Position numbers and translations under genes: made by a program
Shown: positions 18,155 to 26,721 of the stretch, piece by piece
Numbering within the stretch: the stretch's first letter is position 1
Layout of the letters: each line of letters starts with the position of its first letter
The notes under the pieces: model-generated
What the model saw: the letters and a program-made list of their open reading frames with translations, nothing else
The model's database searches: none
What the model was told of the DNA's origin: nothing
From: an uncultured Actinomycetota bacterium
GTDB lineage: Bacteria; Actinomycetota; Actinomycetes; JACCUZ01
Reading direction: 5' to 3'
Assembly: GCA_963789855.1 (NCBI GenBank)
Contig: CAWBMM010000008.1
Coordinates: 14,005-78,004 of the forward strand
Length of the DNA: 64,000 nucleotides

Positions 18155-18438
18155 TCAGGACGCGACGCTCGGACGCGTGCAGAACTTCGCGATGTGGTCC
18201 GGAAACGCGGTCGTGACCTCGCCGTCCTCCGGGGCGAGGTCGCTGCTCGACGTCGAGGCCTGGCGGGCCAAGGTCGCCGAGCGTTGTTCGCGGTGGCCTC
18301 CCCAGTGGCCTTGTCCACGATCACCAGCGGTGTGCCATGACGCGGAAGACAGTAAGCGGGCGCGGGCCGACGTACGCGCCGCGACCGGCCACCAGGAGAT
18401 CGGTGGTCGCGGGTGCGGTCTTGGGCCGCCACGGCTGT
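18155..18438 (-). pseudogene. Remnant of an unidentified (possibly alpha/beta-hydrolase) gene in three frames
   Basis: High-GC3 coding stretches appear in three different minus frames: DLLVAGRGAYVGPRPLTVFRV, GTPLVIVDKATGEATANNA and DLAPEDGEVTTAFPDHIAKFCTRPSVAS-stop. No start codon or N-terminal part is present. Confidence 0.3.
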
Positions 18439-19073
18439 CTACAGACCGGCGCGAAGATCCTCTCGCCAAGAATCAGCATCGTGCCCACCCTCGAATTCAA
18501 CGTATTCGACGCTATGGCCCTGACGCTGGAGGCCCGCTACCAAGTTTCGACATGAATCAACTTGGCTAATCACTTGGAACAGGTCGGGGTGGCCATGGCC
18601 AACGTTTTCGGACGTCTCGTGAGTCCTACGCTTACTCGGACGTCGGGGCCAGGCCCACTGGGCAGGTTCCGTGAAAGCCACTCGTCGTTCCACCAGGCGG
18701 ATGGTGACTGGCTGATCACCCGGTCGAAAACGTTGGGATGGCGAAGGGCGGCGTGGATGGCGGCGAGCCCGCTCAGACTAAGTCCGCAAAGGGTGAATTG
18801 GGCCTGGTGTCCAATCGTCGCCTGAATCCACGGCACCAGTTCTAGGGCCAGATAGTCCGCAAACCCATCGTTACAGCAGAAATCAACTCGGCGCAGTTCG
18901 GGATCGCCAAACGAGAGGTAAACGGCAGTCACCCCGTCGGGAATGATCGGCGGCGCGCCGACTCTTTCGACATAGTGTTCGCCATCTAGGAACACGAGGC
19001 AGCGGGAAGAAGGGTCCTGAACCCACACTCGCCTTGGGCCCAGGGATCCGTCAAACTCGACTTGGTGCAGCAT
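18439..19073 (-). pseudogene. Esterase (putative esterase/enterochelin-esterase-like family), one apparent frameshift
   Basis: ORF 18570-19073 includes the nucleophile-elbow context FTLCGLSLSGLAAIHAALRHPNVFDRVISQSPSAWW. The C-terminus (HETSENVGHGHPDLFQ...VEYVEFEGGHDADSWRED) is in the frame of ORF 18439-18693. The switch is near 18628. Local GC is visibly lower than the surroundings. Confidence 0.7.
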
Positions 19074-19430
19074 CAGCCCTTCTTCGGCAACGGATGCTTT
19101 GCGTCGTTCCTCACAGCAAGATCCCGGTCAGCGGTGTACCCGGCGAGCTCGAGGATCAGGTCAACAATCCACCGGCGGGTGATCACCTGACCGTGGATGA
19201 CGCCAGTCCCGGACACGGGAGCGGCAGCCTAGAGGTCGATCACCGAGCCAGGGTAGAGCCGACCTGAGACACAACCGGTGTCACAGGCCGTGTCCAAGCC
19301 AGATGGGGCCCTCAGCCGGCTTCGCGATCTTGCCACCAACAGCCGGGTACTCGGCCCGTCGCGGTCGTCGCAGGGGAGCGAGCGGCCGTCGCACACCCGG
19401 ACACCGTGCTGCGCGGTCGAGTCGACGGCG

Positions 19431-19502
19431 GGGCTTGTCGCGGCGGGGGTACCCCTCGGTCCGGGCTTGTCGCGGCGGGGTGCCTATCGGTCCGGGCTCG
19501 CG
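19431..19502. repeat. Tandem direct repeat, about 2.3 x 31-32 nt
   Basis: GGGCTTGTCGCGGCGGGGGTACCCCTCGGTCC (19431-19462) is followed by GGGCTTGTCGCGGCGGGGTGCCTATCGGTCC (19463-19493) and the partial unit GGGCTCGCG. Confidence 0.7.
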
Positions 19503-19651
19503 TTCCGGTGCTGGCTCTCGACGGGCAGGGCGGGTGGCCCACCGGCGGCGCACGGCTGGCCCTCTGCCGGTGCACGTCGCTGCGTGTCAACGTCAGAAGG
19601 CGGTCGCATCCGGCCGCGCCATCCGTTGACCGCGCTCGACCTGGAGGAACC

Positions 19652-20347
19652 ATGTCCCACCGCATCCCGCTCATCGCCGCCGGCGCCGTCCTCGGCCTCG
19701 GAGGCGCGGCTGCCGCCGTCGCCGGGGGAGGGATCCTCGCCGTCGCCGGCACCGACGGCACCTTGTCGACCGGCGGCCACGTCACGACCACGACCGCTGC
19801 CCTGGTCACCGAGGCAGCAGACATCAGCGGCGACGGAACCCGGACGCTCGGGAACCCGACCGTCACGGTGTCCGCACAGGGCTCGAAGAAACCGGTGTTC
19901 ATCGGTGTCGGACCCACCGCAGCGGTGGACCGCTACCTTGCTGGGGCCGCGACCGAGACCGTCACCGACGTCGACGTCAACCCCTTGCGGCTGACGACGA
20001 CTCGACGTGGCGGTGACGACACGTTGCCCCCGCCCGGTGCGGAGACGTTCTGGGTCGAGCGGGCCACTGGAGCCTCGTCCGCGGAGACCACCTGGAAGAT
20101 CCGGGACGGCAGCTACCGCGTGGTCGTGATGAATGCCGACGGTTCGAGCGGCGTGCGGGTGCGAGCGAGCGCCGCGGTGGAGGTGCCGCACCTCACGGCA
20201 GTCGGCGCCGGATTGCTCGGCACCGGGCTCGGGACCCTGCTGCTCGGCTCGTTCCTCCTGGTAGCCGGTCTGCGGTCGAGGTCCGCGGTCGAGCCCGTCC
20301 GCGGCGACCTCCCGGTCAGCGATCGCGAGAAGACGCCGGTCGGCTGA
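19652..20347 (+). CDS. Hypothetical membrane-anchored protein (N-terminal and C-terminal TM)
   Basis: ATG 19652 is preceded by GGAGGA. It has an N-terminal hydrophobic segment (IPLIAAGAVLGLGGAAAAVAGG) and a C-terminal TM (GAGLLGTGLGTLLLGSFLLVAGL). Confidence 0.6.
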   Translation: MSHRIPLIAAGAVLGLGGAAAAVAGGGILAVAGTDGTLSTGGHVTTTTAALVTEAADISGDGTRTLGNPTVTVSAQGSKKPVFIGVGPTAAVDRYLAGAATETVTDVDVNPLRLTTTRRGGDDTLPPPGAETFWVERATGASSAETTWKIRDGSYRVVVMNADGSSGVRVRASAAVEVPHLTAVGAGLLGTGLGTLLLGSFLLVAGLRSRSAVEPVRGDLPVSDREKTPVG

Positions 20348-20413
20348 TGGTCGGGTTTCGCCATGACCCGGATGGCGTGACCGATCGGCGGCTGCGACGA
20401 CGCCGCCGGAGCC

Positions 20414-22510
20414 TCACGCAGGTGCAGGCGATCTCGGCTCGGGGATCTCGGCGCTGATGCGGGTGCCGCGCTCGGGAGGGCTGTCCAGGTAGAGGTGACC
20501 CTGGAGGGCCTCGATGCGGTCCGCCAGACCCCGCAGCCCGGTGCCCTCGGCGGCGTCTGCGCCCCCGACGCCGTCGTCGGTGACGGTGACCGTCGCGCAC
20601 TCGTTCGAGCGTCGGACACTGACGGTGACGTGGGAGGCGCGCGCGTACTTGGCCACGTTGGTGATCGCCTCGGCGACGACGTAGTACGCCGCAGCCTCGA
20701 CCGGGTCGGCCAGCCGCTCCTCGGGCAGCTCGGTGATCTCCACGGGCACCGGTGCACGTTTGACCAGCGCCTGCAGCGCTGGACCGAGACCGCGGTCGGT
20801 GAGCACCGCCGGATGGATCCCGCGTGCCAGCTCGCGCAGCTCGTCGAGCCCCTTCACCAGCTCGTCCTGCGCGGCGGCCAGGATCTCGCGGGCGGCCGGC
20901 GGGTCCTTCTCGAGCTTCACGCCGATCAGGGTGAGGTCGACCGCGAGAGCTACCAGCCGCTGCTGCGCGCCATCGTGCAGGTTGCGCTCGAGCCGCCGGC
21001 GCTCGGCATCGCCGGCCTCGACGATGCGCGCTCGGGACGCGGCCAGCTGCTCGTGGGCGTCGGCGTTGGCGAGCGCCTGTGCAACGAGCTCTGCGAAGTC
21101 GCACAGGCGCTGTTCGACGCCCTCTGGCAGCGGCTCGTCGGACCGCGTCCCCGCGGCCAACGCGCCCCACAGCCGTCCACCCACGACGACAGGGGCCGCC
21201 ACCGCCGCCCGGTAACCGGAACGCTGCATGGTCTCGGCGAGGCCCCCACTGGTGTCCCGGTACCGGTCCACGCGCTGCGGGCTGCCGCTGCGCAGCACCT
21301 TCGCGACGACGGTGTCGCCGTCGAGATCGAACGTGCTGGCCAGGGGGAGGGTCAGCGTGCCGTCCTCGCTCCAGCCGCCGACGACAGTGGCCGTCCGCGA
21401 CCCGTCGTACCGCATCACGTTTGCTCCCGGCATCCCGAGCAGCCGGGCGACCTCCTCGGTCACCTGCCCGAACACGCGACTCGGCGGCACTCCGCTCGCG
21501 ACGAGCGTGGCCACTCGGCGCAGCGCCGCCTGCTCGTCCGCGAGCGCACGCTGGGACGCCTCGCTCGCCGCGAGCGCTTCGCCCGTCCGCGTGCGCTCGG
21601 CAGTCTCGGCCGCGAGCACCAGCGAGGTGAGCGCCGAGACGGCGATGAACAGCTGGGTCGCCAGCAGGCTGTCGGTGATCGAGCCGCGCAGGAACGGCCC
21701 GTCGTTCTGCGCCGTGTTCCAGACCGTGATCGAGCAGACGACGAAGACGGCCGTGGCCGCTCCGCGCGGTCCGAACCGGACCGCCGCCCACAACAGGACG
21801 GGGAAGACGACGTAGGGAACATCGCGCTGCGGTGCCAGCTCCGCCAGCGCGACGAGCACGGCGAGCACGACAAGGCCCTCCACGAGCTCGCGCCGGTGCA
21901 AGCCCCGCAGACCCGCGGTCGCCCAGGTCAGGATCAACGGGGTGACGACGAGCACGCCGCAGGCGTCGCCCAGAGTCCAGGTCCGAAACACCTCCCCGAG
22001 CTCGTCAGCCGAGATCACGTCACCCAGCTGCAACGACAACGGGCCGATCGCGGCACTGACCACCGCCGCGACCAGCGCGCAGACGAAGAGTGCGAGCACG
22101 TCGGCGACCCGGTCGAGCCCACCGCGACCACCCGTGAGCCGGCGGAGGAGCAGAGCCGCGACCACGAGCGCCACGGTGTTACCGACCGTCTGCGCGAGCA
22201 CCGTCCCCAGCGGGGTGGAGAAGTCGCCGAGTGCCAGATCACCGATCACGATCGCGGGCCACAGGCGCACGCCATAGAGGAACAGCACGGCGAGGCCGAG
22301 ACCGGCAGGCGGCCAGAGGGCAGCCACCGCGCCATTGAGGTAGGCCAGCTCGAGACCGACCCGACCGGCGACGTAGTAGGCGAGCGCTGCGACCGCGACA
22401 GCGATCAGATAGGACGCCGGCCCGACGTGCTCCCCGCGACGCAGGGCATCGATCTGCTCTCGCACCGCGTGGCGACCGGGTTCGACCCCGCTGGCCGGAC
22501 CAGCCCTCAT
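20414..22510 (-). CDS. MASE1-GAF-HisKA_3-HATPase_c sensor histidine kinase
   Basis: The N-terminal polytopic region begins with a MASE1-like stretch (YYVAGRVGLELAYLNGAVAALWPPAGLGLAVLF). A central GAF-like region follows, then the H-box AERRRLERNLHDGAQQRLVAL and a C-terminal ATPase (DDGVGGAD...GTGLRGLADRIEAL). ATG 22510 with an upstream GGAG is preferred over 22540. Confidence 0.85.
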   Translation of the reverse strand: MRAGPASGVEPGRHAVREQIDALRRGEHVGPASYLIAVAVAALAYYVAGRVGLELAYLNGAVAALWPPAGLGLAVLFLYGVRLWPAIVIGDLALGDFSTPLGTVLAQTVGNTVALVVAALLLRRLTGGRGGLDRVADVLALFVCALVAAVVSAAIGPLSLQLGDVISADELGEVFRTWTLGDACGVLVVTPLILTWATAGLRGLHRRELVEGLVVLAVLVALAELAPQRDVPYVVFPVLLWAAVRFGPRGAATAVFVVCSITVWNTAQNDGPFLRGSITDSLLATQLFIAVSALTSLVLAAETAERTRTGEALAASEASQRALADEQAALRRVATLVASGVPPSRVFGQVTEEVARLLGMPGANVMRYDGSRTATVVGGWSEDGTLTLPLASTFDLDGDTVVAKVLRSGSPQRVDRYRDTSGGLAETMQRSGYRAAVAAPVVVGGRLWGALAAGTRSDEPLPEGVEQRLCDFAELVAQALANADAHEQLAASRARIVEAGDAERRRLERNLHDGAQQRLVALAVDLTLIGVKLEKDPPAAREILAAAQDELVKGLDELRELARGIHPAVLTDRGLGPALQALVKRAPVPVEITELPEERLADPVEAAAYYVVAEAITNVAKYARASHVTVSVRRSNECATVTVTDDGVGGADAAEGTGLRGLADRIEALQGHLYLDSPPERGTRISAEIPEPRSPAPA

Positions 22511-22787
22511 GGCCTCACTCCCCGGTCTGCCTTTGGGCACAGCACGTGATGGTCACGGCGTGCTTTCCGGGCGCCGCGATTCACCAAGGTCTCTCACGTC
22601 AACATAACCAGGCAGTAGGTCTCGGTCCAGGCTTGGCCGGGGCCGACGAACGGCGCCGCCGGCCGCCTCACCCAGGGATGCCTAGCGGCATCGAGCTGGC
22701 CGGCTGTGGCGTCGGCGGTGCGGGCTTCGGCTGCGTGGTACGGGGTAGACGCGAAAGAAGGGGCGACATACCGAGGAGGCGGCAGCG

Positions 22788-23321
22788 ATGGCGACGGAAC
22801 TTCTTGACCTCTACCGACGGGCCAGCGAGTGGTGTGGTGAGAAGGTCGCCGGCGCCACCACGCTTGACGCGCCGACTCCCTGCGAGAGCTGGACCGTGCG
22901 CGACCTGCTCAACCACATGCTCGAGACGCAGCGCTACTTCGCCGGCTCCGCGCGCGGCGAGGATGTGTCGCCCCCCGGCCCCACCCCGCCGACCCTGTTG
23001 TCGGACGACCCGGTGGCAGACCTCGCTGCCGCGCGAGCCGAGGTGCTGAACGCCTTCGAGCAGGAGGGCGTCATCGACAAGACCGGGCCGGCGTTGGGCA
23101 TCGCGTTCAGCGACCAGCTGCTGCACGGCTGGGACCTGGCCCGTGCCACCGGTCAGGACAGCACGATGCCGGCCGACCTCGCTGAGGCGGCCTACGGCGT
23201 GATTCACGGCCAGTTCACCGAGGAACAGCGGCAAGGGATCTTCAAGCAAGAGCTGCCGGTGCCGCAGGGCGCGACCTCGCAGGAACGCCTCCTCGCCTAC
23301 ACCGGCCGCGCCCCCGGCTGA
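22788..23321 (+). CDS. DinB/mycothiol-dependent maleylpyruvate-isomerase-like (TIGR03086-type) protein
   Basis: 177 aa. The characteristic N-terminus is ...TPCESWTVRDLLNHMLETQRYFA and the C-terminus is LLAYTGR. A GAGGAGG RBS lies upstream. Confidence 0.75.
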   Translation: MATELLDLYRRASEWCGEKVAGATTLDAPTPCESWTVRDLLNHMLETQRYFAGSARGEDVSPPGPTPPTLLSDDPVADLAAARAEVLNAFEQEGVIDKTGPALGIAFSDQLLHGWDLARATGQDSTMPADLAEAAYGVIHGQFTEEQRQGIFKQELPVPQGATSQERLLAYTGRAPG

Positions 23322-23340
23322 CCGTGACGGCGAGTCACGG
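23322..23340 (+). terminator. Stem-loop immediately after the DinB-like stop
   Basis: CCGTGAC-GGCGA-GTCACGG gives a 7-bp perfect stem starting 1 nt after the TGA. There is no U tract. Confidence 0.35.
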
Positions 23341-23601
23341 GCCCAGGTTGAGCACCCTTGTCGGCCGGGTCTGGGTGGGTGTACCCCGAGGCCCACGCCG
23401 CCGGACCGGGGTGGGGGACGTCGACAGCGGCGCGGGCAGTTCTCGGGTTCGCCGACGCGGGGTCCGGGCGCGGTCAAGCAGTCCTAGCGTGCACCCATTC
23501 GTGGCGGAATGCCAGGGGTCAGATCTGGCTCGGTCTGTAACGGTGCCACGGCGGGCGTGACGGTCCGGCGTGGGGGATCGACGCAACGACAGGAACTCTC
23601 G

Positions 23602-24325
23602 ATGAAGATGCAGCTCACAGTCGCAGTGGCCGCCGTAGCTCTCGCGGTGCCCGGCGTCACGGCCGGCGCGGCTCACGCCGACGGGTCGCGGACCGACGTT
23701 CGTCGCACGTGCGGTGAGAAGCCGGCAACCTGGTCAACCTTCCGGTCCACCCGGGAACGAGCCAGGGCCGGCCGGTCTGGTACGTCGTGCTGGACGCCAG
23801 CACCAGCGAGGCCGCGGCGATCGGTCGACTTCACCCCCGTCCGTCGTCGTTGTGCCCGGACCGACCGGGTTCCCGCCCGCGGCGGCGCCCCGGGCGCGGT
23901 CGGCGAGACCGGCTACTCCCCACTCGTCCAGCTGCCGGACGGCAGCATCCTCAACGCCTCCGCAGGTCGCAAACCCGAGCGGGCGGGCCGACAAGGTGGT
24001 CGACCTCGACACGGCCGCGCGCACGGTCACACTGCGAGAGACCGACGGCTTCTCCCGCAACGTCCCCGTCAAGTACCTGTCGACCGACGCCTCGGACCCG
24101 GGAGCGGCAGCGCTCGAGGACGTGACGTTCGCACCCGCCCTGAACGCCGCACCCTTCGCGCGGCGGAGTGACGGCACCGACTCGGCACGGGCCGCGCGGC
24201 AGACCGCGTTCGCCGACGTCGAGGGACCTGGCGCAGAAGGGACTCGTCACCGGCCCGGGAGGCGCCCGCCGTTCGCCGCCGCGGGCTTCATCGTCGACTG
24301 CCCGATCATCAGCCAGGCCGGCTGA
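23602..24325 (+). pseudogene. Secreted protein of unknown function, at least 4 frameshifts
   Basis: The signal peptide MKMQLTVAVAAVALAVPGVTAGAAHA is at ATG 23602. Coding-like pieces are spread over all three plus frames: WYVVLDASTSEAAAIG, GYSPLVQLPDGSILNA and PQVANPSGRADKVVDLDTAARTVTLRETDGFSRNVPVKYLSTDASDPGAAALEDVTFAPALNAAPF. Confidence 0.5.
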
Positions 24326-24366
24326 GGGCGCAGCGACGAAGGACTCCGCCAGCCGGCCCACGAGGG

Positions 24367-25620
24367 TCAGCCGAGGTAGCGGTCGACCATCGGGTTGCCC
24401 AGCCGGTTGCCGGGGTCGAGGTCGCTGCGCAGCCGCTGGAAGTCCGGCAGCCGAGGGTAGAGCGAAGCGACGTCGTCCGGCGCCGTGGTGAAGACCTTGC
24501 CCCAGTGCGGCCGGGGCTGCAGGGGAGCGAGCCGCTCCTCCAGGGTCGCCACCACCGGCCGGACGGCGTCCGCGTCGTCCACCCAGGTGAAGTGCACGGC
24601 GAAGCTGTCCCTGCCGTACGCCGGGCTCAGCCACAGGTCGTCGGCCGCGACGGTGCGCAGCTCGGACACCTGCAGCACCGGTGCGACCCGCTCCCGCAGC
24701 GCGTGGACGACGTCGAGGGCGGCAAGGCTGTGCTCGCGCGGGACGAGGTACTCGCTCTGCAGCTCGTTCCCGCTGCTCGGCGTGTGGTCGAGCCGGAAGT
24801 GCGGCAGCCGCTCGTGCCACGGCCCTGGCACACCGAGCTGCGGCGTCGCGTGCTCGGGCGGCATCCCCGGCACCGGGTTGACGTTCCCGGTCGCCGCGCG
24901 GGCGCCGAGCCACCTCGGCCCCAGGGTGCCCGCCTCGCTGGGCCGGTCGACCCGCTGCTTGACCCACACCTGGACGACGTCGTCCGACTGCCAGGTGCTG
25001 AACAGGCTGACGCTCGTGCCCGCGCTCAGGACCTCGTCGAGGCGGGTGCGCAGGACGTCGTACGGGAGGTCGTCGTAGACGGTCTGCCGCACGTCGTACG
25101 CCGGCTCGACGCGCAGCGTCACGGCGGTGACCACGCCGAGACAGCCCAGTGCCACGACCGCGCCGGCGAAGCGCTCGTCCTCCCGCGTCAGCTGAAGGAG
25201 GTCGCCGGCGGGCGTGACCAGCTCCAGCCCGGTCACGGCCGACGCGAGGCAGCCGAGGGCCGTGCCGGAGCCGTGGGTGCCGGTGGCCACCGCACCGCCG
25301 ACCGAGATGTGCGGGAGCGAGCCGAGGTTGTGCAGCGCGAGGCCCTCGGCGTGCAGCCATGGCGCGATCTCGCCGTAGCGCAGTCCGGCGCTCACGGTCG
25401 CGGCCGAGCGGTCGGCTGCCAACGCGCGGCGGGCCGGCAGCCCGGCCACCGAGATGAGGTCGCCGGTCGTGTCGGCCACCGGGCTGAACGAGTGGCCGCT
25501 GCCGAGCGCCCGAGCCCGCCCACCCGCGGCGAGCAGCTCCTGCACCTGCGCAACGGTCGTGGGCCGGTGCACCCGGGCCGCGCCGAACGTGATGTTCCCG
25601 GCCCAGTTGGTGAGCGTCAT
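24367..25620 (-). CDS. FAD-linked alditol/xylitol oxidase (AldO-like, ALO C-terminal domain)
   Basis: MTLTNWAGNITF...LGSGHSFS...LPHISVGGAVATGTHGSG...VPGPWHERLPHFR...SGNELQSEYLVPREH...HWGKVFT is collinear with the Streptomyces alditol oxidase as I remember it. ATG 25620 overlaps the upstream stop (ATGA). Confidence 0.88.
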   Translation of the reverse strand: MTLTNWAGNITFGAARVHRPTTVAQVQELLAAGGRARALGSGHSFSPVADTTGDLISVAGLPARRALAADRSAATVSAGLRYGEIAPWLHAEGLALHNLGSLPHISVGGAVATGTHGSGTALGCLASAVTGLELVTPAGDLLQLTREDERFAGAVVALGCLGVVTAVTLRVEPAYDVRQTVYDDLPYDVLRTRLDEVLSAGTSVSLFSTWQSDDVVQVWVKQRVDRPSEAGTLGPRWLGARAATGNVNPVPGMPPEHATPQLGVPGPWHERLPHFRLDHTPSSGNELQSEYLVPREHSLAALDVVHALRERVAPVLQVSELRTVAADDLWLSPAYGRDSFAVHFTWVDDADAVRPVVATLEERLAPLQPRPHWGKVFTTAPDDVASLYPRLPDFQRLRSDLDPGNRLGNPMVDRYLG

Positions 25621-26060
25621 CGGTCCCACGTCTCCCCGGCCTCGAGGCGCTGGCGGAGCAGGTCGGGCAGCGGCATCGACTCACCGTCGCGGCCGCCGGC
25701 GCCGGGGACCATCGGCGGCTCGCTCGGTGTCAGCGTCGTGCCGCGCAGCCGGGCCTGCAGGCTCGTCGGCGCCGACATGACGTAGAAGTCGCCGTGCTGG
25801 TCGACGGCGATGGTGCCGTTGCGCCGCAGGTACCAGCCGATGAGCCCGGTGCGGTACAGCGTCCGGCCGTTGAGCGCCCTGGCCCGTAGCGCGACCGTCG
25901 GCAGCCCGCGTTCGACCGCCTCGGCGACGAACGCCACGAGCAGCGCCCGCGCCTCGTCGGCCTCTGCGGACCGGGCGCGGTCCAGCCGCGCGCTGTGCTC
26001 GTCGGCGGCCTCGCGGCGGCGGGCGGCCCAGTCGTCGGTCGGTGCAGTGTCGCCGGTCAT
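25617..26060 (-). CDS. Conserved hypothetical protein
   Basis: ATG 26060 (MTGDTAPTDDW) in the frame of ORF 25617-27098. 147 aa, high GC3, translationally coupled to the oxidase gene. Confidence 0.55.
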   Translation of the reverse strand: MTGDTAPTDDWAARRREAADEHSARLDRARSAEADEARALLVAFVAEAVERGLPTVALRARALNGRTLYRTGLIGWYLRRNGTIAVDQHGDFYVMSAPTSLQARLRGTTLTPSEPPMVPGAGGRDGESMPLPDLLRQRLEAGETWDR

Positions 26061-26174
26061 GCCCGCAGTCTCGGGCCTCCCGGCGTCGCAGGGAAAGCCG
26101 GCCCGCTCGGCGTGCGACGCTCGAGGCAGATACCGACGTACCGTCCTGACCACCGACGCTGACCGGGAGCCGCC

Positions 26175-26678
26175 GTGACCGTCCTGCTCGTCCGGCCGGG
26201 TCGGGACGACGACCTGCCTCGCCTCACCGAGATCTACAACCACTGGGTCGAGCACAGCATCGTGACCTTCGACGTGGACCCGTTCACGGTCGAGGAGCGC
26301 CGGACCTGGCTCGCCCACTACCGCGACGGCGGACCGCACCGGCTGCTCGTGGCGGCGGCCGGCACGGACGTCCTCGGCTATGCCACCAGCAGCGCGTTCC
26401 GCCCCAAGCCCGGCTACGCGACCTCGGTCGAGACCACCGTCTACTGCGCGCCCGAGGCCGTCGGCCGCGGCGTCGGACGGGCGTTGTACGCCGAGCTGTT
26501 CGCCGTGCTCGCCGGGGAGGGCCTGCACCGGGCGTACGCCGGGGTGGCCCTGCCGAACGACGCGTCGATCCGGCTGCACCTGCAGTCCGGCTTCCGTGAG
26601 CTCGGCACCTATCGGGAGGTCGGCCGCAAGCTCGGCCGCTGGGTCGACGTCCGATGGTTCGAGCGCCCGATGCCGTGA
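26175..26678 (+). CDS. GNAT N-acetyltransferase (phosphinothricin-acetyltransferase-like)
   Basis: 167 aa. Motifs are DLPRLTEIYNHWVEHSIVTFD...YCAPEAVGRGVGRALYAELF...NDASIRLHLQSGFRELGTYREVGRKLGRWVDV. Confidence 0.85.
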   Translation: MTVLLVRPGRDDDLPRLTEIYNHWVEHSIVTFDVDPFTVEERRTWLAHYRDGGPHRLLVAAAGTDVLGYATSSAFRPKPGYATSVETTVYCAPEAVGRGVGRALYAELFAVLAGEGLHRAYAGVALPNDASIRLHLQSGFRELGTYREVGRKLGRWVDVRWFERPMP

Positions 26679-26721
26679 CCGGAGCGAGGGGGTCGCGGCC
26701 GCCGCCGGTCGCGGACGGCGC

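Noticed and set aside
20495-22549. 684-aa ORF on the plus strand
   Set aside because: It runs exactly antisense to the MASE1-GAF kinase gene. Its composition is Arg/Gly/Asp/His-rich with no motifs, which is the typical shadow ORF of high-GC DNA.
24486-24497. Extra partial copies of the dispersed element (GGTGAAGACC here, and GATGGTGAAGACCC near 44234)
   Set aside because: The matches are only 10-14 nt, lie inside well-supported coding sequences, and lack the other conserved blocks.
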